Shown piece by piece: positions 56,403 to 64,000 of a stretch of DNA of 64,000 bases. A model generated the notes under the pieces. It was not told the DNA's origin and ran no database searches. It saw only the letters and a program-made list of their open reading frames with translations. Location of the stretch: the NCBI GenBank assembly GCA_011773515.1, contig WVXK01000062.1:164928-228927 (forward strand), read 5' to 3'. This DNA comes from Deltaproteobacteria bacterium (GTDB lineage: Bacteria > Desulfobacterota > Deferrimicrobia > J040). A program made the translations under genes and the position numbers. How positions within the stretch are numbered: the stretch's first letter is position 1; every line of letters starts with the position of its first letter.

Positions 56403-57008
56403 ATCACTGGGGAAGAGAGATGCGGGGGGGGGAAGCTCCAGGCGGGGATGGATATCAATAAATACCCTGACAAGGTCAGGGTCAAACTGGGAGCCGCTGC
56501 AATTGCTTTTCTCCGCAAGAGCCCTTTCCGGCAAAAGAGCGCTCCGGTATGCCCTGCTCGAGGTCGTTGCATCGCAGGTATCGGCGATGGCGAGCACTCT
56601 TGCTTCCAGGGGAATCGTCCCTCCCCTCAGGCCGGAAGGATATCCCTTCCCGTCATACCTTTCATGATGATGCATTATGATGGGGAACACGTTTTTCAGG
56701 GATTCGATGGTGTGCATGAGGATCCTGAAATTTACCGGTTTGAAAATATAATCCGAGGCGCCCAGTTTCATCGCATCGACAGCAGTTTCAATGTCACCCT
56801 TGCCGGACATGATCACCGTGGCGAGGTTACGGTTTTCCCTGGCCTTTCCGAGGAGCTGGGGACCGTTCAGGGCAGGCATGTTCAGATCGGTCAGAAGGAG
56901 ATCGAAGGTGCCGGAACTGAGCATCGTAAGAGCCCTCTCACCGTTTTCCGCCTCCTCCACCGTATATCCCTCGATTCTTAGCCTCTCGCTTACAAGCTCC
57001 CTTATCAC
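56316..57008 (-). CDS. Response-regulator receiver domain fused to a partial HD-GYP domain. The start is non-canonical or truncated.
   Basis: Receiver with phospho-acceptor in LLLTDLNMP, then HHERYDGKGYP and DTCDATTSSRAYR (the C-terminal half of HD-GYP). The upstream HD dyad is absent. Receiver beta-1 (ILVADDEK) follows an in-frame stop directly, with no ATG. Confidence 0.55.
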   Translation of the reverse strand: MIRELVSERLRIEGYTVEEAENGERALTMLSSGTFDLLLTDLNMPALNGPQLLGKARENRNLATVIMSGKGDIETAVDAMKLGASDYIFKPVNFRILMHTIESLKNVFPIIMHHHERYDGKGYPSGLRGGTIPLEARVLAIADTCDATTSSRAYRSALLPERALAEKSNCSGSQFDPDLVRVFIDIHPRLELPPPASLFPSDLPYREVQVDQGKEQWNGCEGHERPRKYR

Positions 57009-57171
57009 CTTCTCGTCATCTGCGACGAGAATTCAAAAAGCGGAGGGATCGATATCGAGTCCCGCGTGGCCCTTTGCGTCCTTTCGACCAAACGTTCCCT
57101 GTGGCAATTTTCTGAAAGCGAGCACATTCTCTCCTTTCAGGCTTTCGTAAACTCTCAAAAAATTTCGGAAG

Positions 57172-58218
57172 TTATACGTTGAACCTTACCGTGACGATAT
57201 CGCCATCCTCCACGATATAGTCCTTCCCCTCGACCCGAACCCTGCCGGCTGCCTTTGCCCGGGCCATATCGTTAAACTGAACGAATTCCTTAAAAGGTAT
57301 CACCTCGGCCCTGATGAATCCACGCTCCATATCGCTGTGGATCCTGCCCGCGGCCTCACGCGCAGAAGCCCCCCTCACAATACTCCATGACCTCACTTCG
57401 TTGGGGTTTACCGTCAGGAAGGTTATCAGGTTGAGAAGGCGGTAGGCGCTTTTTACGATGCCGTGCCCCATGACCCCCTCGATACCGACTTCACGCATGA
57501 ACATCTCCCTGTCATCGGGATCCAGGCACATAATCTCCTCCTCGAGCTTCGCGCAGACAAGGACGGCGTCGACTCCACGCCTCTCTATTTTTTCCACTTC
57601 TCTTTTCAAAGATTCATTCTCCAGGTCATCTTCGCCCGCGTTGACAACGGCTATGATTGGAATTTCACTCAATAAACTGAAGCCCGAGACCATCTTTTTT
57701 TCATCCTCCCTGAGTTCCATATCCCTCACTGGCCTGCCCGATTCGAGGTTTGCGGCAAGGTCCTGCATGAGCTCCCGTTCGCGGCTTTTTTTGCCCTCTT
57801 TCAGGAGGCGCTCGAGCCTCTTCTGGATCACCAGGTAATCTGCAAGACATAGGTCCGTTTCTATCTCACGACAAGATTCGAGGACACCTTCAGAAGGGGA
57901 TAGCTCATCGGGGGTCTTGGAGAGAAAAAGAGGTATGAGGAGAAGCAAAACATCACAACCGCGAAGGGAAGAAACGTTCTGGCCGTCTATCAGGGACTCG
58001 CTTCCCGGTTGGATCTCCAGGAGCGTCACTGTCTGGTAAACTTTTTTTTTGGGTTTGCATATTTTCTCGAGATAGTCGACCCGCTCATCGGGAACGCTTA
58101 CCACGAAAGGGCTCTTTCTCGCCCTCGTGTCGTCCATCTCATAGCCGAACCCGGCAACGAGGGCACCAAGGAGCGTGCTCTTCCCCGACAGGGGTCCACC
58201 GAAAATCCCGATCTTCAC
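57172..58218 (-). CDS. ychF: YchF/Ola1-like ribosome-associated ATPase with divergent G-domain
   Basis: Walker A GGPLSGKST. The C-terminal TGS/YchF region matches strongly (AGRIHSDMERGFIRAEVI...EGKDYIVEDGDIVTVRFNV). Confidence 0.65.
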   Translation of the reverse strand: MKIGIFGGPLSGKSTLLGALVAGFGYEMDDTRARKSPFVVSVPDERVDYLEKICKPKKKVYQTVTLLEIQPGSESLIDGQNVSSLRGCDVLLLLIPLFLSKTPDELSPSEGVLESCREIETDLCLADYLVIQKRLERLLKEGKKSRERELMQDLAANLESGRPVRDMELREDEKKMVSGFSLLSEIPIIAVVNAGEDDLENESLKREVEKIERRGVDAVLVCAKLEEEIMCLDPDDREMFMREVGIEGVMGHGIVKSAYRLLNLITFLTVNPNEVRSWSIVRGASAREAAGRIHSDMERGFIRAEVIPFKEFVQFNDMARAKAAGRVRVEGKDYIVEDGDIVTVRFNV

Positions 58219-58247
58219 CCAGCCCCCCGACGTTTCGCCATGGAAAT

Positions 58248-59075
58248 CTATTCGCTTACATCTATGCCCTGGAAGAGGTCGCTTTCGGGAAACGATGGCG
58301 TTTCAACACCCGCCACGTCAGCCAGGATGTAATACTCCCTCTTCGTAAACTCCCGGTAATTGGGCCTCGAGAGGATCCTCTCGATATCCTTGATCTGGGT
58401 CTTGTGGCAGTGAAAAGCCTTGATCTTTTTGTCCACGTAATCCGAGGTATCGATAACCGTGGTGATATCCTCCATGGGGACCCCGCTCAGGTCGATGTTG
58501 CGCTCCTTCAAAAATCTCTCCGGAATCTCGAAATGGTAGAGCTTCCTCGCCTGCCAGGGAGGAAGGTTCCCATTCTGGCGGTGTTCCGGGCAATAATCGC
58601 TCTCTGCCGATTTCCTGAAGCAAAGCCGCGATACTTCCGACATCATGATATGATCCGGGTGGCCCGAAACTCCGGTGGGCCCGAAGCTTATGATAACATG
58701 AGGCCTGTACTTCCTTACTGCATATACGGCCCTCTCGATGATCGATGCCACGGGGGTTTCCTCCAGCTTTCCATCTATGAAACCCATAAAGAATATCTCC
58801 TTGATGCCCAGTGTCCTGGCAGCACACGCAAGTTCCAGGGCCCTGACCTCCCCCACGTTGTCCCGGGTGGCAACGGGAGGGTCACCGAGCATTCCCGCTT
58901 CCCCCTTTGTAGCCGTGGCGAGAAACATCTCATACCCGAGATCAGCGTACTTTGCGATGGTCCCTCCCGGCCCGAATGTCTCATCGTCAGGGTGTGCGAG
59001 CATACACAGAACTCTCCCCCCGGGGGTTTTTATCCTCCCCGCCGAATTAATGCCGGAATTTCTAAAATAGTTCAT
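58248..59075 (-). CDS. PIG-L/LmbE-family N-acetylglucosaminyl deacetylase
   Basis: LAHPDDE zinc-binding motif and downstream HPDH motif. Confidence 0.75.
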   Translation of the reverse strand: MNYFRNSGINSAGRIKTPGGRVLCMLAHPDDETFGPGGTIAKYADLGYEMFLATATKGEAGMLGDPPVATRDNVGEVRALELACAARTLGIKEIFFMGFIDGKLEETPVASIIERAVYAVRKYRPHVIISFGPTGVSGHPDHIMMSEVSRLCFRKSAESDYCPEHRQNGNLPPWQARKLYHFEIPERFLKERNIDLSGVPMEDITTVIDTSDYVDKKIKAFHCHKTQIKDIERILSRPNYREFTKREYYILADVAGVETPSFPESDLFQGIDVSE

Positions 59076-59167
59076 TTTGTTTACCTCTTCGTATTATATT
59101 CGCAATCAGAGAAGGCATGAAGATAAATATAGATGTACCTGCATCCGATAACTCCTATACTGGTTAG

Positions 59168-60340
59168 ATGACGGATCGGGCAAAAAGGGTCATGAAAAAA
59201 ACAGCCTTAATACTCAGCGGCGGGGGGATAACCGGGGGCATCTACGAGCTCGGGGCCATGTCGGCATTCAACGATATCATCACGGGCGGAAAGAGACCCA
59301 CGGATTTTGACATCTTCATCGGCATATCGGCCGGCTCAATCCTTGCCGCGATGCTCGCAAACGGCATAACGCCAAAACTCATGTACCGTTCCATCCTGGG
59401 CCCGAAGACGAGCCCTTTTTTCATGAAACAGGAGGATATCTATTCATTCCCCCTCCGTGAATATCTCAGTGGTTTCGGCAAGTTTCTTTTCTCATTCCCC
59501 CAGATATTTCGTTCCATGAAGCGTGACCAGAGAAAGGTAAACGCCGTGAGTTTTCTGTCGGCACTCGAATCGTGCTTGCCCCCGGGGGTCTTCTCGAACA
59601 AAAACCTGGAATCGTATATGGAGAGGATCCTGACCCTCCCCGGAAATACCAGCGATTTCAGCAATCTGGAAAAGGAGCTCTACATAGTGGCTGTCGAGCT
59701 CGACAGGGGGGAGCGCTGGGTCTTCGGCGAGGAAGGAAAGAAGAAAATCCCCATTCCGGCTGCGATCCGCGCCTCCACGGCCATTCCGGGGTACTTCTCA
59801 CCCGTTGAGATCAACGGCCACTTCTTCATCGACGGCGCTGCGGAAAGATCGGGCCATATCGACATCGCGATCAACCGCGGTGCTGACCTCATCGTTATCA
59901 TCAACCCCGTGGTCCCCGTTTACAATGACAAGACAGTCGTCTCGATTCCCACCTTCACCGGTTGCTGCAGATCAATAGCGGAATCGGGGATTTCAAATGT
60001 TACGGAACAGTCATTTAGAATCAACAGCAGGGTCAAGCTCGACCTGGGACTCTCCCTCCTTGCCAGGGCACACCCCGACGTGGACATCATCCTCATAGAG
60101 CCGGGACAGCTTGAATCTGCCCTCTTCCTCTACGGAAGCATGAACTATTCCGAGAGGATACAGATTCTCAACTACGGGTACAACTCCGCATCGGTATTTT
60201 TCCTGGAGCATTTCGACAAACTCGCGCCCTGTTTCAGCAAACATGGCTTCGAGGTTTCCCTTGACAGCCTGAAGATGGACAAGTTTCTCTACTACGCCAC
60301 AAAAATGAAAACGAGAAAAAGGTTTTCACTCAACTTGTAA
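59168..60340 (+). CDS. Patatin-like phospholipase
   Basis: Oxyanion-hole SGGGITGG, nucleophile elbow GISAGS, catalytic DGA region (IDGAAE). Confidence 0.8.
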   Translation: MTDRAKRVMKKTALILSGGGITGGIYELGAMSAFNDIITGGKRPTDFDIFIGISAGSILAAMLANGITPKLMYRSILGPKTSPFFMKQEDIYSFPLREYLSGFGKFLFSFPQIFRSMKRDQRKVNAVSFLSALESCLPPGVFSNKNLESYMERILTLPGNTSDFSNLEKELYIVAVELDRGERWVFGEEGKKKIPIPAAIRASTAIPGYFSPVEINGHFFIDGAAERSGHIDIAINRGADLIVIINPVVPVYNDKTVVSIPTFTGCCRSIAESGISNVTEQSFRINSRVKLDLGLSLLARAHPDVDIILIEPGQLESALFLYGSMNYSERIQILNYGYNSASVFFLEHFDKLAPCFSKHGFEVSLDSLKMDKFLYYATKMKTRKRFSLNL

Positions 60341-60465
60341 TATGCCCAAATTTTGTGCATATTGAATAAAGTATCCCCTCAGTGCTATTTTTGAGCGGGA
60401 ATGCACAGCTTTATTCACAGAATTTTCCACACATTCTGTGGAATCATCACCGGGGGGGGGGAGAA

Positions 60466-61167
60466 ATGAACGGCAGGACAAGCTTCCTGAAATTCCTCGA
60501 GGTGCTCGTCAATGAAGACGAGAGAACGAGGGTTTTCAAGGAATATATCGAACATAAAACAGATTACTCAGTCTACATTGAAAAAATCGGAATCCCCGGG
60601 ATATCTGACTCCTTTGAGTTTCACAACGTCAAGCTGACCTCCCCCGATAAAAAAGTCAGAATCAACTCGGAAATAATCAAGTTGAATTCAACCCAGCTGT
60701 CATCCCTTCTCGCAGCCGGCAAAATGATACTGAATTCGACAAGCGATATCCCCGTGGAGGTCGTGGAAGGTTACGGGGTATTCATATCCGTCGGGCCCGA
60801 AGACAAACCCACCCTCGAGATCTTCTCGCGGAGAGCGCTATTTCGCGGTATCGAGTTCAAGATAAAATATGATAGCACCACCAAGGAGCCGGAATTTACC
60901 GGAACGCTTTCCTCAACAGACATGGACGCTGAAATTTCCCTCAACTACGGGGGCATCGAGATACCAACCGCTGCGGGCACCGCAGACCTGACATTCAACC
61001 TGAAAACACTCACGGGGAAGGCAGACATACGCATTTCCGGAAAAAAGGAGACCAAAAACGCGGAGGACAGGAAACCCAAGAAAGAGAAGAAGAAGGAAAA
61101 CGTTACCCTCGAAGATCTTTCTCTCAATCTGAGTTTCGATTTTACCCTCTTCCCCTATTCCCTTTAG
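60466..61167 (+). CDS. Hypothetical protein with lysine-rich C-terminal tail
   Basis: ATG preceded by a G10 tract plus GAGA. The C-terminus KKETKNAEDRKPKKEKKKEN is lysine-rich. Confidence 0.45.
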   Translation: MNGRTSFLKFLEVLVNEDERTRVFKEYIEHKTDYSVYIEKIGIPGISDSFEFHNVKLTSPDKKVRINSEIIKLNSTQLSSLLAAGKMILNSTSDIPVEVVEGYGVFISVGPEDKPTLEIFSRRALFRGIEFKIKYDSTTKEPEFTGTLSSTDMDAEISLNYGGIEIPTAAGTADLTFNLKTLTGKADIRISGKKETKNAEDRKPKKEKKKENVTLEDLSLNLSFDFTLFPYSL

Positions 61168-61282
61168 AGCGGCCTGACATCATAATAGAGCGAAGGAATA
61201 TTTTGCGCTTGCGGCTTTATTATTTTGACACCGGAAAAATAATGGGGTACAAATCTTGTAAACAAACCCGCACAGTTCAGAG

Positions 61283-62140
61283 ATGAAAAGGATTTCGACA
61301 CTCATTCTTTTTGCGGCCTTGCTTTTCCTGGGCATTTCCAGGCAGCCCTTCGCTGCCGATCAGGAGGAGATATCCATCCTCGTGGACGGGCTGCCGCTTG
61401 ATGCCAGGGGGCTCAAAGTAAACAGGGAGCCCTACGTGCCGGCATGGATCCTGGAAAACTACGGTAACACGAGGATCATGTGGAAACCGGGAGACTCCAT
61501 ACTCGAGATCAATACCTTCGAACCGGAAAGTGCCATTTCCAAGATGGAAGGAACCATGCGCATAAGAATCGGATTTTACTCAAAGGAAGAAGGGTTCATC
61601 GCCGGGAAGAACACACCGGTGCACATACTCAACATCAACCCTGCCAGTCTCGAGTTTGAAAGCGGAGCCAGCCTTCACCAGAGGGCGCACCAGTCCACCA
61701 TTTCCCGCCTTCAAATTGCAGATGAAAAGGTCCTGAAATATCTGGACCTCTCACCCCCGGAGCGATACCACCATGAAGGACTGGAAATAATCTCCCAGAT
61801 GGAAAGGAACTCTATCCTCGGCCTCGACAGTATCATCGCGCGGTATGAAAGCCTCTACGGGGAATTTTACTACGACCTTCTTTCGACGCTCGTGTTCGAA
61901 AAGGAAAAAGAGATCAGCGAGTCACCGACCATATCTGTCGAGCTGAAGGAATTATCAATCACAAAGGTGGATACAGATGATGCGGGACACGGGTCTATAA
62001 CGCTGCGAAACGGGACTCACTTCGTGTTCTGCAGGATGCACCACAAGGGGAAACTCATCATCTGGAACCTCCCCGTGACGATAACGGGCAGCGACATATC
62101 TCTCGAACTCACCAACAGGAACGTAACCTTCGTGAAATAA
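61283..62140 (+). CDS. Secreted hypothetical protein
   Basis: Signal peptide MKRISTLILFAALLFLGISRQPFAA; 285 aa; no recognised domain. Confidence 0.5.
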   Translation: MKRISTLILFAALLFLGISRQPFAADQEEISILVDGLPLDARGLKVNREPYVPAWILENYGNTRIMWKPGDSILEINTFEPESAISKMEGTMRIRIGFYSKEEGFIAGKNTPVHILNINPASLEFESGASLHQRAHQSTISRLQIADEKVLKYLDLSPPERYHHEGLEIISQMERNSILGLDSIIARYESLYGEFYYDLLSTLVFEKEKEISESPTISVELKELSITKVDTDDAGHGSITLRNGTHFVFCRMHHKGKLIIWNLPVTITGSDISLELTNRNVTFVK

Positions 62141-62376
62141 CCATACTTTTGTTATCTCTGCCATTTTTTGTTCTCCCTGTCCGTGCGGCGAAACATCCCC
62201 GAGGAGGAAACACCGAGCATCAGAAGCTTCAACGGTGGACCTGAAACTGTTAACTTCCTTCATCGTAACGCGGAAAACTCAGAGTTCAATGAGAGCATTG
62301 AAGCAGATACGAAACCCTGAAGCTTTCGACTTTCGGGTTTCAAAGCATGATCTGGAAACGGTGAACTCTCTTCGTC

Positions 62377-63807
62377 TTACTTCATCACCCTCTGCCTGGC
62401 AAAGTGATACAATCTCAACCATTCAGCATAATAAGCTTCTGCATCGACGGGGCCCTTTCCCTTCACAGGATGGAAATTGCCCTTTCTGGCCGGGACCATC
62501 TCACCTGCGGCGAGGAACCGCCCGGAAAGAGCGGCACCGATCCCGGTCATTTCCGGTATCCTGGGCTGGTACACGCGCTTCCCGAGCAGATCTTTGAGAA
62601 AACTCGACACGCCGTCTATCGAGGTGATGCCCCCGGATACCACATACTCCCCTGCATCCCATCCACCACGGGCCATCGCCTCGTCTATCAAACGAAAGTA
62701 ACAGAGGGAGCCGAGAAGGGAGGAAGCGAGGATTTTCTTCCTGTGGGCACCGCTACCTATCCCCGATACCGCCGCATGGAAAGGCGGGTCCCAGAGTGGC
62801 GCGCCGGTACCCCTTCCCCCGAACACCACGGCGGGGTAAACACCCCTTTTGATCTCCTTTTCCCTGAACCGTGTTCCCATCAGCTCTTCAAAGAAACCGA
62901 GGGTATCGGAAACGGCGTTGACGGTTCCCTCGAGTAGATAAAAGGATTTCCCGCCGATGCTGTGGCTCAGGGTTACGATCAGGCCGCCTGGCATTTTCGG
63001 TAATTCCCCGACTGGAACGAGGAGAAACCCCCCCGTCCCGAGGTTTATGAGCCCCCTCCCCGTTCTCCAACCCGTCGAACCGCATAAGGCCGCCTGCTGG
63101 TCCCCCGTCGAGGAGAGGATGGGGATGCTCGACCCTTTCACCGAAATGTGGCCGAAATCGCTCACCGTATCTTTGATCTCGGGGAGCCTGACATTGCCGG
63201 GAACGGAAAAGCAGCGCAGAAGCTCCTCAGAATAGTCCAGGCCGTGTATATCGAAAAGAAGTGTCCGCTGGGCATTTGCCGGGTCCGTCGCGAAAACCTT
63301 CCCTCCCGTCAGGGCAAATATCAGGAAGGTGTTCACCGTCCCGAAGCGCACGGTTCCGCGACCAGGCGGGGCATGCTGTTCAAGTTTCAGGGCACTGTAA
63401 TAGGGCGTGAGGGGCAGGCCCGATATCTGCCTTATTTTTTCCTCCCGAGAGAGCAACGCAGGGATTCTCTCTGCACCCGAGGTATCTCTCCAGGATATTA
63501 TGGGGGTAAGGGGTTGCGCGCTCTCGTCGAAAAAGAGAAAGGAGCTGCGCTGCGTGGCGATGCCCGCGCCGCGGACGGTTATATCACCCTTGCGTGCAAA
63601 GGAAACCGCCTCGGATATGGCAGACCTGACGGACCGAAGGAGCGCCTTCGGGTCCTGGTGGACCGCGCTTCCCGAAACCTTCGTCTTTACCATCTTTCGC
63701 GAGGAAAAAAGCAGCTCTCCTTTTGCGGAAACCAGGAGAGCCTTCGTGGCCGTGCTGCCCTGGTCGATCCCCAGGTATGCAACTTTTTTCCCCGGCGTCT
63801 TCTCCAT
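62377..63807 (-). CDS. FGGY-family carbohydrate kinase (glycerol/xylulose kinase-like)
   Basis: LGIDQGSTATKALL N-terminal ATPase motif, 476 aa, FGGY C-domain GIGAALSG. Confidence 0.75.
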   Translation of the reverse strand: MEKTPGKKVAYLGIDQGSTATKALLVSAKGELLFSSRKMVKTKVSGSAVHQDPKALLRSVRSAISEAVSFARKGDITVRGAGIATQRSSFLFFDESAQPLTPIISWRDTSGAERIPALLSREEKIRQISGLPLTPYYSALKLEQHAPPGRGTVRFGTVNTFLIFALTGGKVFATDPANAQRTLLFDIHGLDYSEELLRCFSVPGNVRLPEIKDTVSDFGHISVKGSSIPILSSTGDQQAALCGSTGWRTGRGLINLGTGGFLLVPVGELPKMPGGLIVTLSHSIGGKSFYLLEGTVNAVSDTLGFFEELMGTRFREKEIKRGVYPAVVFGGRGTGAPLWDPPFHAAVSGIGSGAHRKKILASSLLGSLCYFRLIDEAMARGGWDAGEYVVSGGITSIDGVSSFLKDLLGKRVYQPRIPEMTGIGAALSGRFLAAGEMVPARKGNFHPVKGKGPVDAEAYYAEWLRLYHFARQRVMK

Positions 63808-63825
63808 TCATAAGGATTATACAAC

Positions 63826-63854
63826 TTGAAAATGTACACGAAAAATATTACGAT
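63826..63854 (+). promoter_or_regulatory. Putative promoter for tRNA-Leu (-35 TTGAAA, 17-nt spacer, -10 TACGAT)
   Basis: TTGAAA at 63826-63831 and TACGAT at 63849-63854, about 28 nt upstream of the tRNA 5' end. Confidence 0.35.
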
Positions 63855-63882
63855 GAAATCCTCACGATCTTTTACACATAAC

Positions 63883-63970
63883 GCCGAAGTGGTGGAATTT
63901 GGTAGACACGCCATCTTGAGGGGGTGGTGGGCTAAAACCCGTGCGGGTTCGAATCCCGCCTTCGGCACCA
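63883..63970 (+). tRNA. tRNA-Leu (anticodon GAG), type II with long variable arm, CCA encoded
   Basis: Acceptor stem GCCGAAG/CTTCGGC; anticodon stem CCATC/GGTGG with loop TTGAGGG; long variable arm; T-arm GCGGG-TTCGAAT-CCCGC; then ACCA. Confidence 0.85.
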
Positions 63971-64000
63971 GAAAAACAATTCAAGCCGGCTGTCGCCGGC

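Noticed and set aside
62315-62345. GAAACCC…GGGTTTC hairpin between convergent genes
   Set aside because: There is no flanking T-run on either strand, so it is not a convincing intrinsic terminator.
63687-63968. 93-aa minus-strand ORF
   Set aside because: It overlaps the tRNA-Leu gene and the FGGY kinase promoter, so it is a spurious frame.
1-64000. CRISPR arrays, rRNA, transposases or integrases, toxin-antitoxin pairs
   Set aside because: No spaced direct-repeat arrays, no rRNA-like conserved blocks and no recombinase-like ORFs were seen on manual inspection.

Overview
The window looks like a chromosomal, mostly core-genome stretch (GC about 55%) from a diderm, probably anaerobic, bacterium. 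It is densely packed with genes on both strands, many of them overlapping by 4 nt (ATGA), which suggests translational coupling. Recognisable genes, in order:

- an apparent LapA-LapB fusion, comF-like, a C-N hydrolase and rfaE domain II;
- a class-V aminotransferase, mltD (SLT plus LysM), DUF3343 and dciA;
- three tRNA-A37 modification enzymes (TrmN6-like, TsaC/YrdC, TrmO/TsaA);
- DUF1015, DUF89, purE-purH and mlaDFE (the MlaD is unusually long);
- alr, then cysS next to a nifS-nifU operon that is bracketed by two paralogous ~65-aa half-ferritin-like ORFs;
- a TlpA-like redoxin, an Nfu-like protein and CBS/ACT proteins;
- a GAF/PAS-like sensor, a large LysM secreted protein with a GNAT-like partner, and fadD-like ligases;
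- an adenine permease-adenine deaminase operon, an AcuC-like HDAC-CBS/ACT-TauE operon, and a COG2509 FAD dehydrogenase-GHMP kinase pair;
- an MBL hydrolase, uppP, a PMM/PGM, an XRE-cupin regulator, an OMP, an AEC transporter and a receiver-partial-HD-GYP regulator;
- ychF-like, PIG-L deacetylase, patatin, FGGY kinase, and a tRNA-Leu(GAG) at the 3' edge.

No CRISPR arrays, rRNA, transposases or integrases were seen.

The most unusual loci are:

1. A four-gene, translationally coupled, apparently exported AmmeMemoRadiSam cluster at 48956-54658: a signal-peptide Memo-AMMECR1 fusion, DUF362, a radical SAM enzyme with a Tat-like N-terminus, and a polytopic spermidine-synthase-like membrane protein.
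2. A catalytically dead GspE/PilB-like pseudo-ATPase that keeps its MshEN-like N-domain and C-terminal Zn finger and is start/stop-coupled to a secreted tetraheme cytochrome c.
3. The half-ferritin ORF pair flanking nifSU.

All calls rest on reading the supplied ORF translations and raw sequence. No database searches were run.
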